Notes under the pieces: model-generated
What the model saw: the letters and a program-made list of their open reading frames with translations, nothing else
Databases searched by the model: none
Told to the model about the DNA's origin: nothing
Source: Lingula anatina
Lineage: Eukaryota > Animalia > Brachiopoda
DNA: 64,000 nt
Assembly: GCA_051362555.1 (NCBI GenBank)
Contig: CM120649.1
Coordinates: 16,568,567 to 16,632,566, forward strand
Direction of reading: 5' to 3'
Position numbers and translations under genes: made by a program
Shown: in pieces, positions 24,020-34,949 of the stretch
Numbering within the stretch: the stretch's first letter is position 1
Layout of the letters: every line of letters starts with the position of its first letter

Positions 24020-24409
24020 GTAAGATGTGTCTTCTTATTTTTGGGTCACGTTTGTGAGGAAATTCACATCCAGAGACAATTATTTTGTTACATATGTATA
24101 TGGCAAGGTTTGAAATTTATGATTAGTTGAATAAATGATCGAGTTTCTGCTAAATCCCAGGAGAAAACATCTTCAGATTTTGAAAACCTCTCAGTTTGAA
24201 CTCAACTTCGAAGTTCAAGACGAGAGGAAACTGGGGTAAAATTATTATTAAGAAAACTACTGCTATCAAAGTTGTGTGGGAACTGATACGAAAGGACATT
24301 TATTGTGAAAAACATGCTGCAAGCTGCGATGGAGGACAAACGATTTTCTTGTGATTTAGATATAGAAAGCCTTGAGGTTTGAAGCATAGACTAGAGGCAA
24401 GCACGAAAG

Positions 24410-24888
24410 GGGTGTGACTGAAATGCGCAATACACTGCAATACAGCGCAACACAGCGCAATACACTTGATAACACAAGTCCAGTTGCAAGTAAACACAGG
24501 AAAGGGTAATCTCAAATAAAATAGGGTGATATAAAAGCAAAATATAGTACATAGTAATTAATATTGCTGATACAACTTGACAATTTTTCATTGTTTGGTC
24601 AGCCGCCATGTTGGCGAGTAGCTCTTCTTGGCCAGTAATATATCCAAGAAGAGCCACTCGCCAACATGGCTGCCAACCGGACAATATAAAAGTCTTGCTG
24701 ATTTGTTAAGTTATATCAACGATATTACTTACCTAGTAATATATAGGTTGTTTTTATATCACCCCACTTTGCTGGGAATGGTCATTTCTTTTGTGTAATT
24801 GCAACTGGATTTGATTTTTGAAGTGTATTGCACTGTATTGCACTGTGTTGCACTGTATTGCGGTGTATTGCGCATTTCAGTCACACCG
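24410..24888. mobile_element. Non-autonomous Mutator/MULE-like element, ~140-bp TIRs, 9-bp TSD GCACGAAAG
   Basis: GCACGAAAG at 24401-24409 and 24889-24897; TIR GGTGTGACTGAAATGCGCAATACAC.../...GTGTATTGCGCATTTCAGTCACACC with internal 10-bp subrepeats. Confidence 0.85.
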
Positions 24889-25054
24889 GCACGAAAGTGC
24901 AAGGCGATGTCCATTTAGTCTGAGTGAGTGCTATGCTTATAAAAAATTGCAATGTTTAAAATAGTAAATAATGCATGAAATAATTTTACAGTAGTTTATT
25001 TAGATAAATAAAGCACTGAGTACCTATTCCAGTGCCAGTAGTAATCACAGCAGA

Positions 25055-28000
25055 ATGGCAGAGACCCAGCCTTCTGTGCGAGAAAACAGGGGGTCTCCAG
25101 TGAAGAGCGCCGCCAGTGGTGGAAGCCGTACCTCTATCAACATAACACTGCCAAAGACAAACCGTCCAGAGTCCCAGAGCCCAGGACAGACCCCTGTTGC
25201 CACCCCACGGCAGCCCGTCATCCACAGAGACACCAGTCAAGTCAATAATAACAACAGGAATATCAGTGAAAGAAGGCCGAAATCCAAGTCTTCTGGTCAT
25301 CACAGTGGTGTGTCTAACTCTGAGTAAGTTGATGCTTATTAAGATGGATAGTTAGTGAGGTTGTGTTATGCAAGTAAATTAAGAATAAAGCAGAGATTTT
25401 TCTTCAGTAAATATATGTCTAAGGGATACAATCAGTTTTAAATTAAAAGACTTATACACCTCCTTCTGGCATTGAGTAGAATACATAAAAACTGGTGATT
25501 ATACAAGAACTTTGGAAATGAGAGAAGTTGCGTTTATCTGTTATACAAATTGTATTGTATGAGAGTGTCCTGCCACAGTACTGTAGCTTCAGTGGAAATG
25601 AGCCCTTAAACTCATTCTTATTATTCTGTTAATCTTACATTTTATAGGGTGCATAATAATGTCACATATTTTGTTTCAGATTGAAGCGCATGACAGCAGC
25701 TAGAATTATAGAAAGGACGTGGTTATCCTACAGAGACAGACAAATGTTCAGGTTACTCAAACATGCTATCTGTGCAGCAGTGAGTATTTTAGTATCATTT
25801 AATATACTTTATATCTTTCATACATAGGATTTTTGGCTAACCAAGAGAAACAAACTGCACATCAAATAAAATAATATTTTTTGATATTGCTGAAATACAT
25901 TAATGTCTTGCAAAATCATGTTCAGTAAAATTAGATTAAAAGTAATGAATACATTAAAACATTACGTTTATTTCAATTGCCATTTCAGGAAAATTCTTTG
26001 ACATATGAAATATTAAGGAAAATAAGTCCACAAGAGGCAGAACTAATAAGGGACCCAAGTTTAGGAGTGAAAGTCAGATTTAGGTAAATTGATGCATGTG
26101 TTACATTATCAGTTTTGCTAGACTGAGTTCATTAATGTTGAAGTATTCTATCTTTTGCAGCTCTTGCTCAATGTTGAATGTGATGCTACATCAGTATCTG
26201 TACTATTGTGTTTTAGAAAATGTTTTTAAATATTTTATTTATTAACAATTATAATTGTAATTATAATTATTATTTGTAGCAGTAGTAGTGATTCTTTTTT
26301 TCTATCACTGGCTGAGAAACAGATAACTTTTTGTGAGAAATATAGTGTATTCTCCTGTGCTCACTCCTGGTTATATAATAAAACAGTGTTTTCTTCAGAA
26401 AAGGTACACTCGTCATTTTCTTTTCAGGTTTGGTGGAGAAGAATTTCCCCCAATGATATATTTCAAGAATTATACAACTTCCAAAGGAGTGCAATACCTT
26501 AGTGGCAAGAGAGTGATAAAGGCAGGGACTGAGGTCAGTGAGACTGAGTAGAACTTGATAATGGTTCTATTTCGTTTCTATACAAATGAGGTCATACGAG
26601 ATTCCCGTTTTATGCGAGAGCATATGCGCACTTGCGCACATCTCCACTTCCGGTTTTTTGTCGAGCGAGCACGGCACGTGGAAAAATTGTGGCACAAAAA
26701 TTTTCAAGAATATTCTAATATTATGGCTGAAAAGGTCGAAAGTAGACCAAAAGTTAAGAAAAATACGCATGGCCACAAGAAATCTTCCGACGGGAAGTCG
26801 AAAGAAAGTGGTGACTCACCACAATTTCTAACAGAAATTCAAACTCTGACACAGAGTAGCGTTCATGTGGAAAATGAAAATGGCGCGTCCACTAGTGCCG
26901 ATAATACCACGACTGTGGATCATAAAATTAGTGCAGCACTTGACTTCATAGCTGGCACAATGAAGAATATGCAAGATAATCTTCAAAAGCAAATGGAGGA
27001 TTTTAAAAACGAAATAAGGTATGAATATCCTCATGAGTATTATGAAGAGCCAATTTATGACGACACGTCAGTTCTTAGTGAGGCTCGGGATTCAGACCAA
27101 GTTGTCGAGATGGCAGACACTGCCCATAATGAAAATCCCAGTACCAGTAAAAGACACATAGAGGAAGAACTTCTTCCAGAAAAGAAAATGAAAGTCTTGA
27201 AGAAAATGACTGAAACAGCTAAAAAATCTGAGCCCAAAGGGCCTGAAATTAACACAACCTTAGCTGACAACATTACAGCATTCATGAGGTCTAAACCAAT
27301 GGAAGAGGAGACCAAAGCTCTTTTTGAGAAAATTTTAGCTCCTTCCAACTGTGAAGGTTTGCAGCCAATTATTATTAACGAGGAAATATGGCCTAGCATT
27401 AGTCATGATGCTAAAACACAAGATTTAAAGCTTCAGAGAGTGCAAAATTATTTGATAAAGGGCGTTTCCTCAATGGCAGTTGCAATGAACAAACTCATTA
27501 GTAAATGGGATTCAGATACTAAAAATTTGGAAGAAGAAGATTTTGAAGAAATAATCAATGATGCTACGAATGCACTTCGAGCATTTGGTTGCACAAACTT
27601 TGAACTTTGCACAAAAAGGAAAGAGGCTTTAAGACCTCACATTGATAAGCAATATTCACATTTGTGTGCAAGTTCCATCCCATATACAAATAGGCTTTTT
27701 GGGGATGAAATAGTAAAAAGAATCCGTGACATGTCTGATGTCAACAAAATGAATCACCAAGTGTTTAAAAACACTGGTTCATCATATTCTGGGACTCCCA
27801 GAGAAAGAGGAAGCAGAACCAGCATGCGAGCTAGGGGAAGAAGTTTTCCTCCTAAGAGCATAAGAGGTGCAAGAAGTGGCACCAGTAGAGGTCATATTAG
27901 GACCTATCACAGGCAGCAGGATTTAAAAAACTGCCCTGCAACTCTGCATCATTAGATGTGGAAAAGTTGAAGAAAATTTTTGAGGTAAGTCCTCAACATA

Positions 28001-31000
28001 ACATTGCTGGTAGAATATCAAAGTTTATTTCCCAATGGGAATTGCTGACATCTGATGCTTGGGTGTTACAGACTGTTAGAGGTTTAAGATTGGAATTTGT
28101 GGATAATAATTATCCTAAACAGACGACACCATTAAGAGAAATAAGATTCACAGAATCTGAAGGAAAATTGATTGATATTGAAGTTTCAAGATTATTATGT
28201 AAAGGTGTCATTGTTGAAACACAAAATGAAGAAGGACAATTTGTCAATACAATATTTACTAGGCCTAAAAAAGATGGCACAAGAAGAATGATATTAAATC
28301 TTAAACCTTTCAACAAATTTATGAAGTACCATAAGTTTAAAATGGATACTTTAAAGACAGTCTTGAATTTATTGTGTCATAAAGCATACATGGCACGCAT
28401 AGATTTACGAGATGCATATTATATGGTTAGAATTTACAAAGAGCATCAGAAGTTTCTCAAATTTCAATGGAGAAATAAATTATATATGTATACTGCCCTT
28501 CCAAATGGCTATTCAGATGCTCCAAGAGCATTCACAAAATTATTAAAGCCATTATGTGCATCCTTAAGAAGGAAAGGGATTATTATGATATCTTATATAG
28601 ATGACATTTATATACAAGCTAGTTCAGAAAATGAATGTCTATGGGCAGTACAAGAAACTGTTAAGTTATTCAAAACTTGTGGATTTTTGATCCATGAAGA
28701 AAAGTCAGCATTAATCCCAACTCAAGAAATTGTATTTTTGGGATTTAAAATAAACTCTAAAAATATGACTGTGCAACTGACCAATGAAAAGAAACAAGTT
28801 TATAAAGAAATGATTGATGATTCAATCAGAAGAGATGATGCATCTATTAGAGAAATTGCAAAAATATTAGGAATATTAATATCATGTTTGCCTGGAGTCC
28901 AATACGGGCCATTGCATTATAGGAAACTAGAGAGAGCAAAAATTAATGCATTGAAACAAAATAAAGATGATTATGAAGCTGTAATGGATATTACAGATGA
29001 CATGAAAGTAGATCTAGACTGGTGGTCTAGAAATATATTGTTTGCAACAAATAAAATTTATCATGGCAATGCACAGATTGAAATTCAATCAGATGCTACT
29101 CCTTTAGCATGGGGAGCTAAATGTAGAGATACAAGAATTGGTGGATTCTTTACTGAAGAAGAAATTTTATTCTGTCATGATAATATCAATGCATTTGAAT
29201 TGCTTGCTATAAAAATGGCTTTACATGCCTTTATTCAAGAAATCAAAGGAAAGGTAGTTTTATTGAGATCTGATAATACTACAGCAGTTGCATACATTAC
29301 ACATATGGGAGGTTTGAAATCCCCAGTTTGTGATGAAATAGTATCAGACATATGGAATAAATGCATTGAAAATGACATATGGCTTACTGCTGAATATTTG
29401 CCTGGAATATTAAATGTAGAGGCAGATTGGGAATCAAGAAATGTGAATATTAGAACTGAATGGTCACTAAATATTGATATATTTAAAAAAGTGACAGATA
29501 TATTTGGTATGCCATGTATAGATCTATTTGCATCAAGATTGAATAGCAAATTAGAAGTATTTGCTTCTTGGAAACCAGAACCTGGTGCTAAATACATAAA
29601 TGCTTTTTCAATATCTTGGGAGAATATGTATTCATACATTTTTCCTCTTTTCAGCCTGATTCCCAGGATAATCAAGAAGATTCGGGAAGATCAGGCAGAT
29701 GCTTTAGTTGTGATACCTTTTTGGTTGACACAAGCATGGTTCACTCCATTAATGGAAATGTTAGTAGACATCCCTATTCTGTTACCGCCAACAACAACAG
29801 TATTATCACTTCCACACCAGAAAGGGGTGACACACCCAATGGGAAATCACTTGAAACTGTTGGCATGCAAAGTATCCGGAAAACTCTCAAATCAGATAGA
29901 ATTTCAGAGAGAGCTATCGGAATCATATTTCAATCATGGAGAAAATCCACTCAGAACCAATATTCAGTCTATATTAAAAAGTGGAGAATGTTTTCAAATC
30001 AAAGGAAGGTCAATTTTTATAGACCAACTGTAGCGAATGTGCTAGATTTTTTAGTACATCTCTATGAAGATGGCTCAAGTTACAGTGCTATAAACACTGC
30101 AAGATGTGCATTATCAACATTTATTACCATTGGTGCTTCAACAGTGGGGAGTCATCCTTTGATTGTAAGGTTTTTGAAAGGAGTGTTTAACACTCGACCT
30201 ACTGCATCCAGATATCAACAAGTGTGGGATGTATCAATTGTTTTAAATTACATGAGAAAACTGTCACCAGCAAGGCAGTTATCACTGAAAGATCTAACAA
30301 TGAAGTTGATCATGCTTATGTCTCTAACATCTGCACAGAGAGCACAAACGTTGCATTTACTGAAGTTCCAAGAGTTAGAACTTCACAAAAACTATGTTTT
30401 ATTTAACATAAAAGAAACTTTGAAACAAACAAGACCAGGAATTGGTACAATATCTATACAATTTAAATCGTACCCTCCAGATAGGAGATTGTGTACATTG
30501 ACATATGTTAAGGAATATTTAAAAAGGACAAAGCCATTGAGAAATGGACAAGAAAAATTTTTTATTAGTTATAGAAAACCTTTCTCATCCGTTTCAAAAG
30601 ATACAATATCCAGATGGATTCGGATATTGATGCACCAAGCAGGTGTAGAGGAATCATTTAAGGCTCATTCAACCCGAGCTGCAGCAGTGTCGGCAGCAGA
30701 AAGAGCAAAAGTTCCCGTAGATGATATTTTGAAAGCAGCTGGATGGTCTTCAAGCAAGACTTTTGCAAAGTACTATAATAAACCCATTAAAGGGAAAGAG
30801 TTTGCTGACGCAGTTTTAAATAATTAGAAAAGGTATGTAGTACTATGTTCAGAGCCAAGTTGCTCTCGTGACCAGCAAGCTTCGAACTGTGGAGATGTGC
30901 GCAAGTGCGCATATGCTCTCGCATAAAACGGGAATCTCGTATGACCTCATTTGTATAGAAACGAAATAGAATTCAAAAATTAAATGAGATTTATTGAAAT

Positions 31001-33962
31001 TTAATTGAAATTCTATGAAGTTTCTAATACAAATGAGAGGTCATACGCCCACCCACCTCCCCTATTCCACAGCAAAAAGGGGGGGGGGGCAGTGCCTGGT
31101 TTACATAGTAACATGTAAAACCATATTTATGGGTTGATATTTGTAATGCACCTAAGATAACTTAAGTTATCATATCAATTCATTACCATATTTTGGGTTG
31201 GTATTTATAATGCACCTAAGATAATTATTTATATTATCTTCCTTTAGTTAACGGGATGAGAAGGATATACTTTGTCTGAAAAGGATTTCATATTCCTTTT
31301 ATTGTATAGTGGTATTACAATTGCATCAATTTTCTGGTATGCAGTGCTGGTCACTCGAGATAGTGACTATCGTGCGCAAGTGCTCTCGCAAAAACGGAAA
31401 TCTCGTATGACCTCTCATTTGTATTAGAAACTTCATAGAATTTCAATTAAATTTCAATAAATCTCATTTAATTTTTGAATTATGATTTATTGTGGAGAAA
31501 ATGACAATTTAGATTACTGATATGAAAGAAATGTTTTACATTTTATTGTTACTGTTTATGTTTGTTTCAGTAAAGTTTTTAGATTTATAACTGGAATTGT
31601 AGTTTAGCCTAGTTGATGACATTGCTTCTCCCTGACAAACACTTCAGCCTGTCTACTAAGAATACAGGTGAAATATTCTCAGTTTTGTTATGCAATATGT
31701 GCAGAAACTGTTTGATCTCCATGTTCCATTGCCTGGACAAATGCGACCCCCCTCCCCCCCCTCACCACCACCACCACCACCACCACCATCTCCATCCCCA
31801 TTACAATACAATGTGTTTTAATGCAGGCTGCCCAGGATGCCTGTGACCTGATGGGGAACAGAAAATTCCTGGACCAGATCATAGTGGATGCAGTTCACCA
31901 TGAACAGTTTAAAATAACAGATGAGATTGATGTCACAACATTAAAGGACTACATGCAGGTAAGAGCTTACCTTTAGGAGGCTTTAGGTATTGGAAGTGGG
32001 TTTCACTCTCAGTATGTGGTAGGAAATAGTAAATTGTTTTAGACTTCAGAATTCAGAAATTATCTCTGACATGTAAGAAATTAAAAACAAAAAGGTTAAA
32101 GCTACCTATGAATGGCTATAATGTGTCTTTTTTTTTTTCAACCTCCAATTCCAAATTATGTCAGATATATATTTTTTTAGTGTGGAGTTTCATAGAATTT
32201 TTTGAATTCATTTTGCCTTAATGTTGTATTACAAATGTCATTTGAACTGTAGTCTTCTGTATGTCCATAAATGTTGTATATAGTATTCATTATTTTCTTA
32301 AGAACATTCTTTTCTCTTGATAAGGAAATGTTTCCACAATGTCAGTGTCTTTATTATAATTATTATTATAAGAAATTGCTTATTTATCTGTTTCAGTATC
32401 TGAGTAAATTAGATGAAACTCCACATTATTTAGGAGGAAGAGAAAACCTATGGAGGAAACTCACATTGAATTGTAAGTTTGACACACAGCTTGATATTTG
32501 AATTTTACAGTGAAAGGGTTATTCTTATTCAGGACTTTTGTCTTGCTGGGGTGAATTACGTGTGTGTGTGTGTGTGTGCGTGCAGTATGTGTGCGTGCAC
32601 CTGTGTCATGTTAATAGTAAGTAGTTTAGTAACATTTCTTAAACATGGCATAGGTTTAAGAAAATCACACACTTCTGTTTTTGTTCCATAGCTTTGATGT
32701 GCTTCTCATTAAATAACCATACAACAAGAGTGTTATAACCATGTTTACATGTGGAAGTATTCACAAAGACTCCATTAGAAGTCTGCAATCTGTTCTTCCA
32801 GCTTTACCCAGAACCACCATATTCTTTGATGTGGTGGACTATCTGTATCATCACAGGATGTCCCCCAGGCTGAAGAAAGAGCTCCCTCAACTCCTCTCCA
32901 GGCCTATAACCCAGGAAACACAGCTCCAGCACATTAAGATCATATCTAGACTAAGGTATTGGGAGCTGATATATATTATTTCATATGAATCAATGATGTG
33001 TATTTGATTCAGTGTTAAAAATGGTTGCCTTGAGAAAAGATCAAGGATAGCATTTCAGTACACTTACTGAGGTGTGTTACCTGTTAAATCAGGCAAGGCA
33101 TACATGATTGTAAAGTCAGATGTTATATTAAAGTTGTCACATGGTCTTGTCACTTGGTTACAGATCTGAAAAATTATATAAATTTTATATAAATGTGTTT
33201 CTAAGTTTGCATTAGTTTTGTTCAAAGTAATTTTAAACTCTCCTCACCCCACAGTCAACAGGCTTATGACAACGTTTTTTCATTGTAGAACAACAGAAAG
33301 TGGGATTAATAATTAAAACAGTATTATATGTTAAATATAATGAGATGTCAGCTACATAGAAAATGTTGTAATCTCCCCAGGACCCCCGCTGTGACAGAAG
33401 CCCCAGGTCCCACTCCTAGGTCTACTAGGTACAGCCGCGAGTCGTCCAAGTTGACAGGGAGGAGGTCCAAACAGGCACAGATGAAGGCGGCTAAGATGAG
33501 GAGGATGTATGGGATGGAGAGCAGATCTGAGATGGTAGGTGGACTCTGTGTGTGCGTGACTGTGTGTATGTGCATGTGTGTGTGAGTGTGTTTGTATGAG
33601 TTACTGAGAGAGTGAGAAAAAAATGAGAAAGAAGGAGAGTGAAAGGATGAGATTAAAAACTGATAACTGACACGTTAAATTTTCTGTAAGTAAAAATACT
33701 AGTTTCTTTATTATGTCAATTGAATTTCAGTCTTCTGTATGTGCATAAATAAGTTGTTTATAGTATGCATTGTTATTTTGTTCAGACGTCCAGTGTTGGT
33801 CACTCTCCGTCCAGGCTGGGTCAGGCCCAGGGGTTAGGGGACAGTTACTACAGTGGAGACGAAGAGGAGGAAGAGGAATGGGAGAGAGAAGCCAATAAAC
33901 TTTATGAATGGACACAGGAACTGAAATTTGAAGAAGTGGATTCACCAGTCAAGGTGTTATAG
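25055..33962 (+). CDS. CXorf58: CXorf58-like protein, 9 coding exons, 420 aa
   Basis: Exons 25055-25323, 25680-25779, 25989-26083, 26428-26533, 31827-31958, 32397-32472, 32802-32955, 33381-33534, 33786-33962 (1263 nt, in frame). Motifs AARIIERTWLSY...FRLLKHAICAAE...KVRFRFGGEEFPP...DACDLMGNRKF...GGRENLWRKL...PRT...GRRSKQAQMKAAKMRRMY match my recollection of human CXorf58. Confidence 0.9.
26565..26647 (+). repeat. DIRS left ITR
   Basis: 83 bp exactly complementary to 30889-30971 and imperfectly inverted relative to 31372-31440. Confidence 0.9.
26723..27955 (+). CDS. DIRS gag-like ORF1
   Basis: Long ORF (likely ATG at 26723, MAEK) with a coiled-coil stretch, a P.NC..L.P...N.EIW core and a basic RG-rich C-terminus; position typical of DIRS ORF1. 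Confidence 0.85.
   Translation: MAEKVESRPKVKKNTHGHKKSSDGKSKESGDSPQFLTEIQTLTQSSVHVENENGASTSADNTTTVDHKISAALDFIAGTMKNMQDNLQKQMEDFKNEIRYEYPHEYYEEPIYDDTSVLSEARDSDQVVEMADTAHNENPSTSKRHIEEELLPEKKMKVLKKMTETAKKSEPKGPEINTTLADNITAFMRSKPMEEETKALFEKILAPSNCEGLQPIIINEEIWPSISHDAKTQDLKLQRVQNYLIKGVSSMAVAMNKLISKWDSDTKNLEEEDFEEIINDATNALRAFGCTNFELCTKRKEALRPHIDKQYSHLCASSIPYTNRLFGDEIVKRIRDMSDVNKMNHQVFKNTGSSYSGTPRERGSRTSMRARGRSFPPKSIRGARSGTSRGHIRTYHRQQDLKNCPATLHH
27901..30033 (+). CDS. DIRS pol: reverse transcriptase + RNase H + DNA N6-adenine methyltransferase-like domain (no ATG before the RT core; probably -1 frameshift from gag)
   Basis: RT motifs KKDG..RMILNL, IDLRDAY, LPNG...APRAFTK and YIDD; RNase H SDA...W, INAFEL, SDN, PG..N..ADWESR; MT-like IDLFAS...YIFPLF. 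The frame is open from 27901. Confidence 0.93.
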   Translation, partial: DLSQAAGFKKLPCNSASLDVEKLKKIFEVSPQHNIAGRISKFISQWELLTSDAWVLQTVRGLRLEFVDNNYPKQTTPLREIRFTESEGKLIDIEVSRLLCKGVIVETQNEEGQFVNTIFTRPKKDGTRRMILNLKPFNKFMKYHKFKMDTLKTVLNLLCHKAYMARIDLRDAYYMVRIYKEHQKFLKFQWRNKLYMYTALPNGYSDAPRAFTKLLKPLCASLRRKGIIMISYIDDIYIQASSENECLWAVQETVKLFKTCGFLIHEEKSALIPTQEIVFLGFKINSKNMTVQLTNEKKQVYKEMIDDSIRRDDASIREIAKILGILISCLPGVQYGPLHYRKLERAKINALKQNKDDYEAVMDITDDMKVDLDWWSRNILFATNKIYHGNAQIEIQSDATPLAWGAKCRDTRIGGFFTEEEILFCHDNINAFELLAIKMALHAFIQEIKGKVVLLRSDNTTAVAYITHMGGLKSPVCDEIVSDIWNKCIENDIWLTAEYLPGILNVEADWESRNVNIRTEWSLNIDIFKKVTDIFGMPCIDLFASRLNSKLEVFASWKPEPGAKYINAFSISWENMYSYIFPLFSLIPRIIKKIREDQADALVVIPFWLTQAWFTPLMEMLVDIPILLPPTTTVLSLPHQKGVTHPMGNHLKLLACKVSGKLSNQIEFQRELSESYFNHGENPLRTNIQSILKSGECFQIKGRSIFIDQL
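29655..30827 (+). CDS. DIRS tyrosine recombinase (overlaps the 3' end of pol)
   Basis: SAM-like core-binding region (STQNQYSVYIKKW, SYSAINTARCALS) and catalytic residues R (AQRAQ), K (LKQTR), H-x-x-R (HSTR), W (AGWSS) and Y (FAKYY). The start is uncertain. Confidence 0.93.
   Translation, partial: PDSQDNQEDSGRSGRCFSCDTFLVDTSMVHSINGNVSRHPYSVTANNNSIITSTPERGDTPNGKSLETVGMQSIRKTLKSDRISERAIGIIFQSWRKSTQNQYSVYIKKWRMFSNQRKVNFYRPTVANVLDFLVHLYEDGSSYSAINTARCALSTFITIGASTVGSHPLIVRFLKGVFNTRPTASRYQQVWDVSIVLNYMRKLSPARQLSLKDLTMKLIMLMSLTSAQRAQTLHLLKFQELELHKNYVLFNIKETLKQTRPGIGTISIQFKSYPPDRRLCTLTYVKEYLKRTKPLRNGQEKFFISYRKPFSSVSKDTISRWIRILMHQAGVEESFKAHSTRAAAVSAAERAKVPVDDILKAAGWSSSKTFAKYYNKPIKGKEFADAVLNN
30889..31047. 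repeat. DIRS internal complementary region (ICR)
   Basis: 30889-30971 is the reverse complement of the left end 26565-26647; 30972-31047 is the reverse complement of the right end 31404-31479. The two halves join at GAATTC, the predicted circle junction. Confidence 0.93.
31372..31479 (+). repeat. DIRS right ITR plus right extension
   Basis: GTGCGCAAGTGCTCTCGCAAAAACGGAAATCTCGTATGACCTCTCATTTGTATTAGAAAC... is an imperfect inverse of the left end, followed by a ~40-bp AT-rich extension matched by the ICR. Confidence 0.9.
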
Positions 33963-34949
33963 CAGAGGAGCTGTGCTGTGAGATTGGAGATTTAGATGGA
34001 TTTCATGGCATGTGACATTTGCATGTCATAAAAATTGGCAATCTTTGGAATCATTGCAATACTGCCATTGAGCAGAGTGATATTAAATGCATTGACCAGC
34101 ATTGCACTCTCTTAAACACCATGGAAATAAGATGGAGTTTTTGGTTTTTTCTCTCATTATTAATATCAGTAGAGGAGGACACAAATTGAAACTGTGCATT
34201 CTGTAGGGGAATACTTGCACTGAGACAATTGAAAAAAAGTCTGTTTGATGTTACTTCTTCTTCACTGTGAACAGTACTCATGCTGCCATAAAGCTTTTTC
34301 TTGTCGTAGCACATTACATCAGCAGCTCAAAAATCAAGGTCTTTGAGAAATGACGAGTTTTGAAAGTGGAAATTATGAAAGATAGTGGCTGGGTGGTATT
34401 TAGATGAACATCTTCTTTGTACCAGCTAGCATACAGTTTTGCAAGGTGCTTCGCGTAGTTTTAGTTTCAATGCATTTTTTCATGCAGGACTACATGTGAA
34501 GAAGGAAGAGGATAGGGTTAATAGACATATAATTATGATAGTTAACATGTCACTGGCTGGCCCAGCGGAATTTGTATCAAATCTGAATCATATAGTTGCA
34601 TATAATACCATGTGATTGATGATGTTTTGATGTGCCCAGTGGATGAATTTTCATGGTGATGTTGGTTACTTGAATTTATGGTGTTTTATTCACCTGAAAT
34701 GGGAATATTAAAAAAAAAAAAATGAAAGTGATGTAACACCTACTTGAGCTCAAAATAATAATAATAAACAAATTATTTTTGTATTAAAAGTTATTATTTT
34801 GGTTCATTTATTTGTTTTTGAATAAATAATAGAGATAATTTCTATCTTTGTAAATGATGCAACACATTGCACAGTAATTCAGTTGTTACCTCTTCAGTTC
34901 GTTCTTAACCGTTTTCCTGATCCTGTTGCCAGATCTGTTTTCCTCCAAC

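Larger units (their letters stand above)
26565..31479 (+). mobile_element. Full-length DIRS1-type tyrosine-recombinase retrotransposon in the CXorf58 intron after coding exon 4
   Basis: gag-like, RT/RNase H/MT and YR ORFs are all open; inverted termini, internal complementary region and right extension are present; ends GG|TTCTAT...TTTGAA|TT with no long TSD. Confidence 0.97.

Noticed and set aside
26333-26722. Host exon frame and gag frame coincide, separated by one TAG (26549-26551)
   Set aside because: It would need intron retention plus stop read-through with no supporting signal; a 1-in-3 coincidence.
27901-30827. RT + methyltransferase + phage-like integrase as a bacterial retron, prophage or contamination
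   Set aside because: This domain set with ITR/ICR structure is the standard DIRS1 architecture, and it sits cleanly inside a spliceosomal intron.
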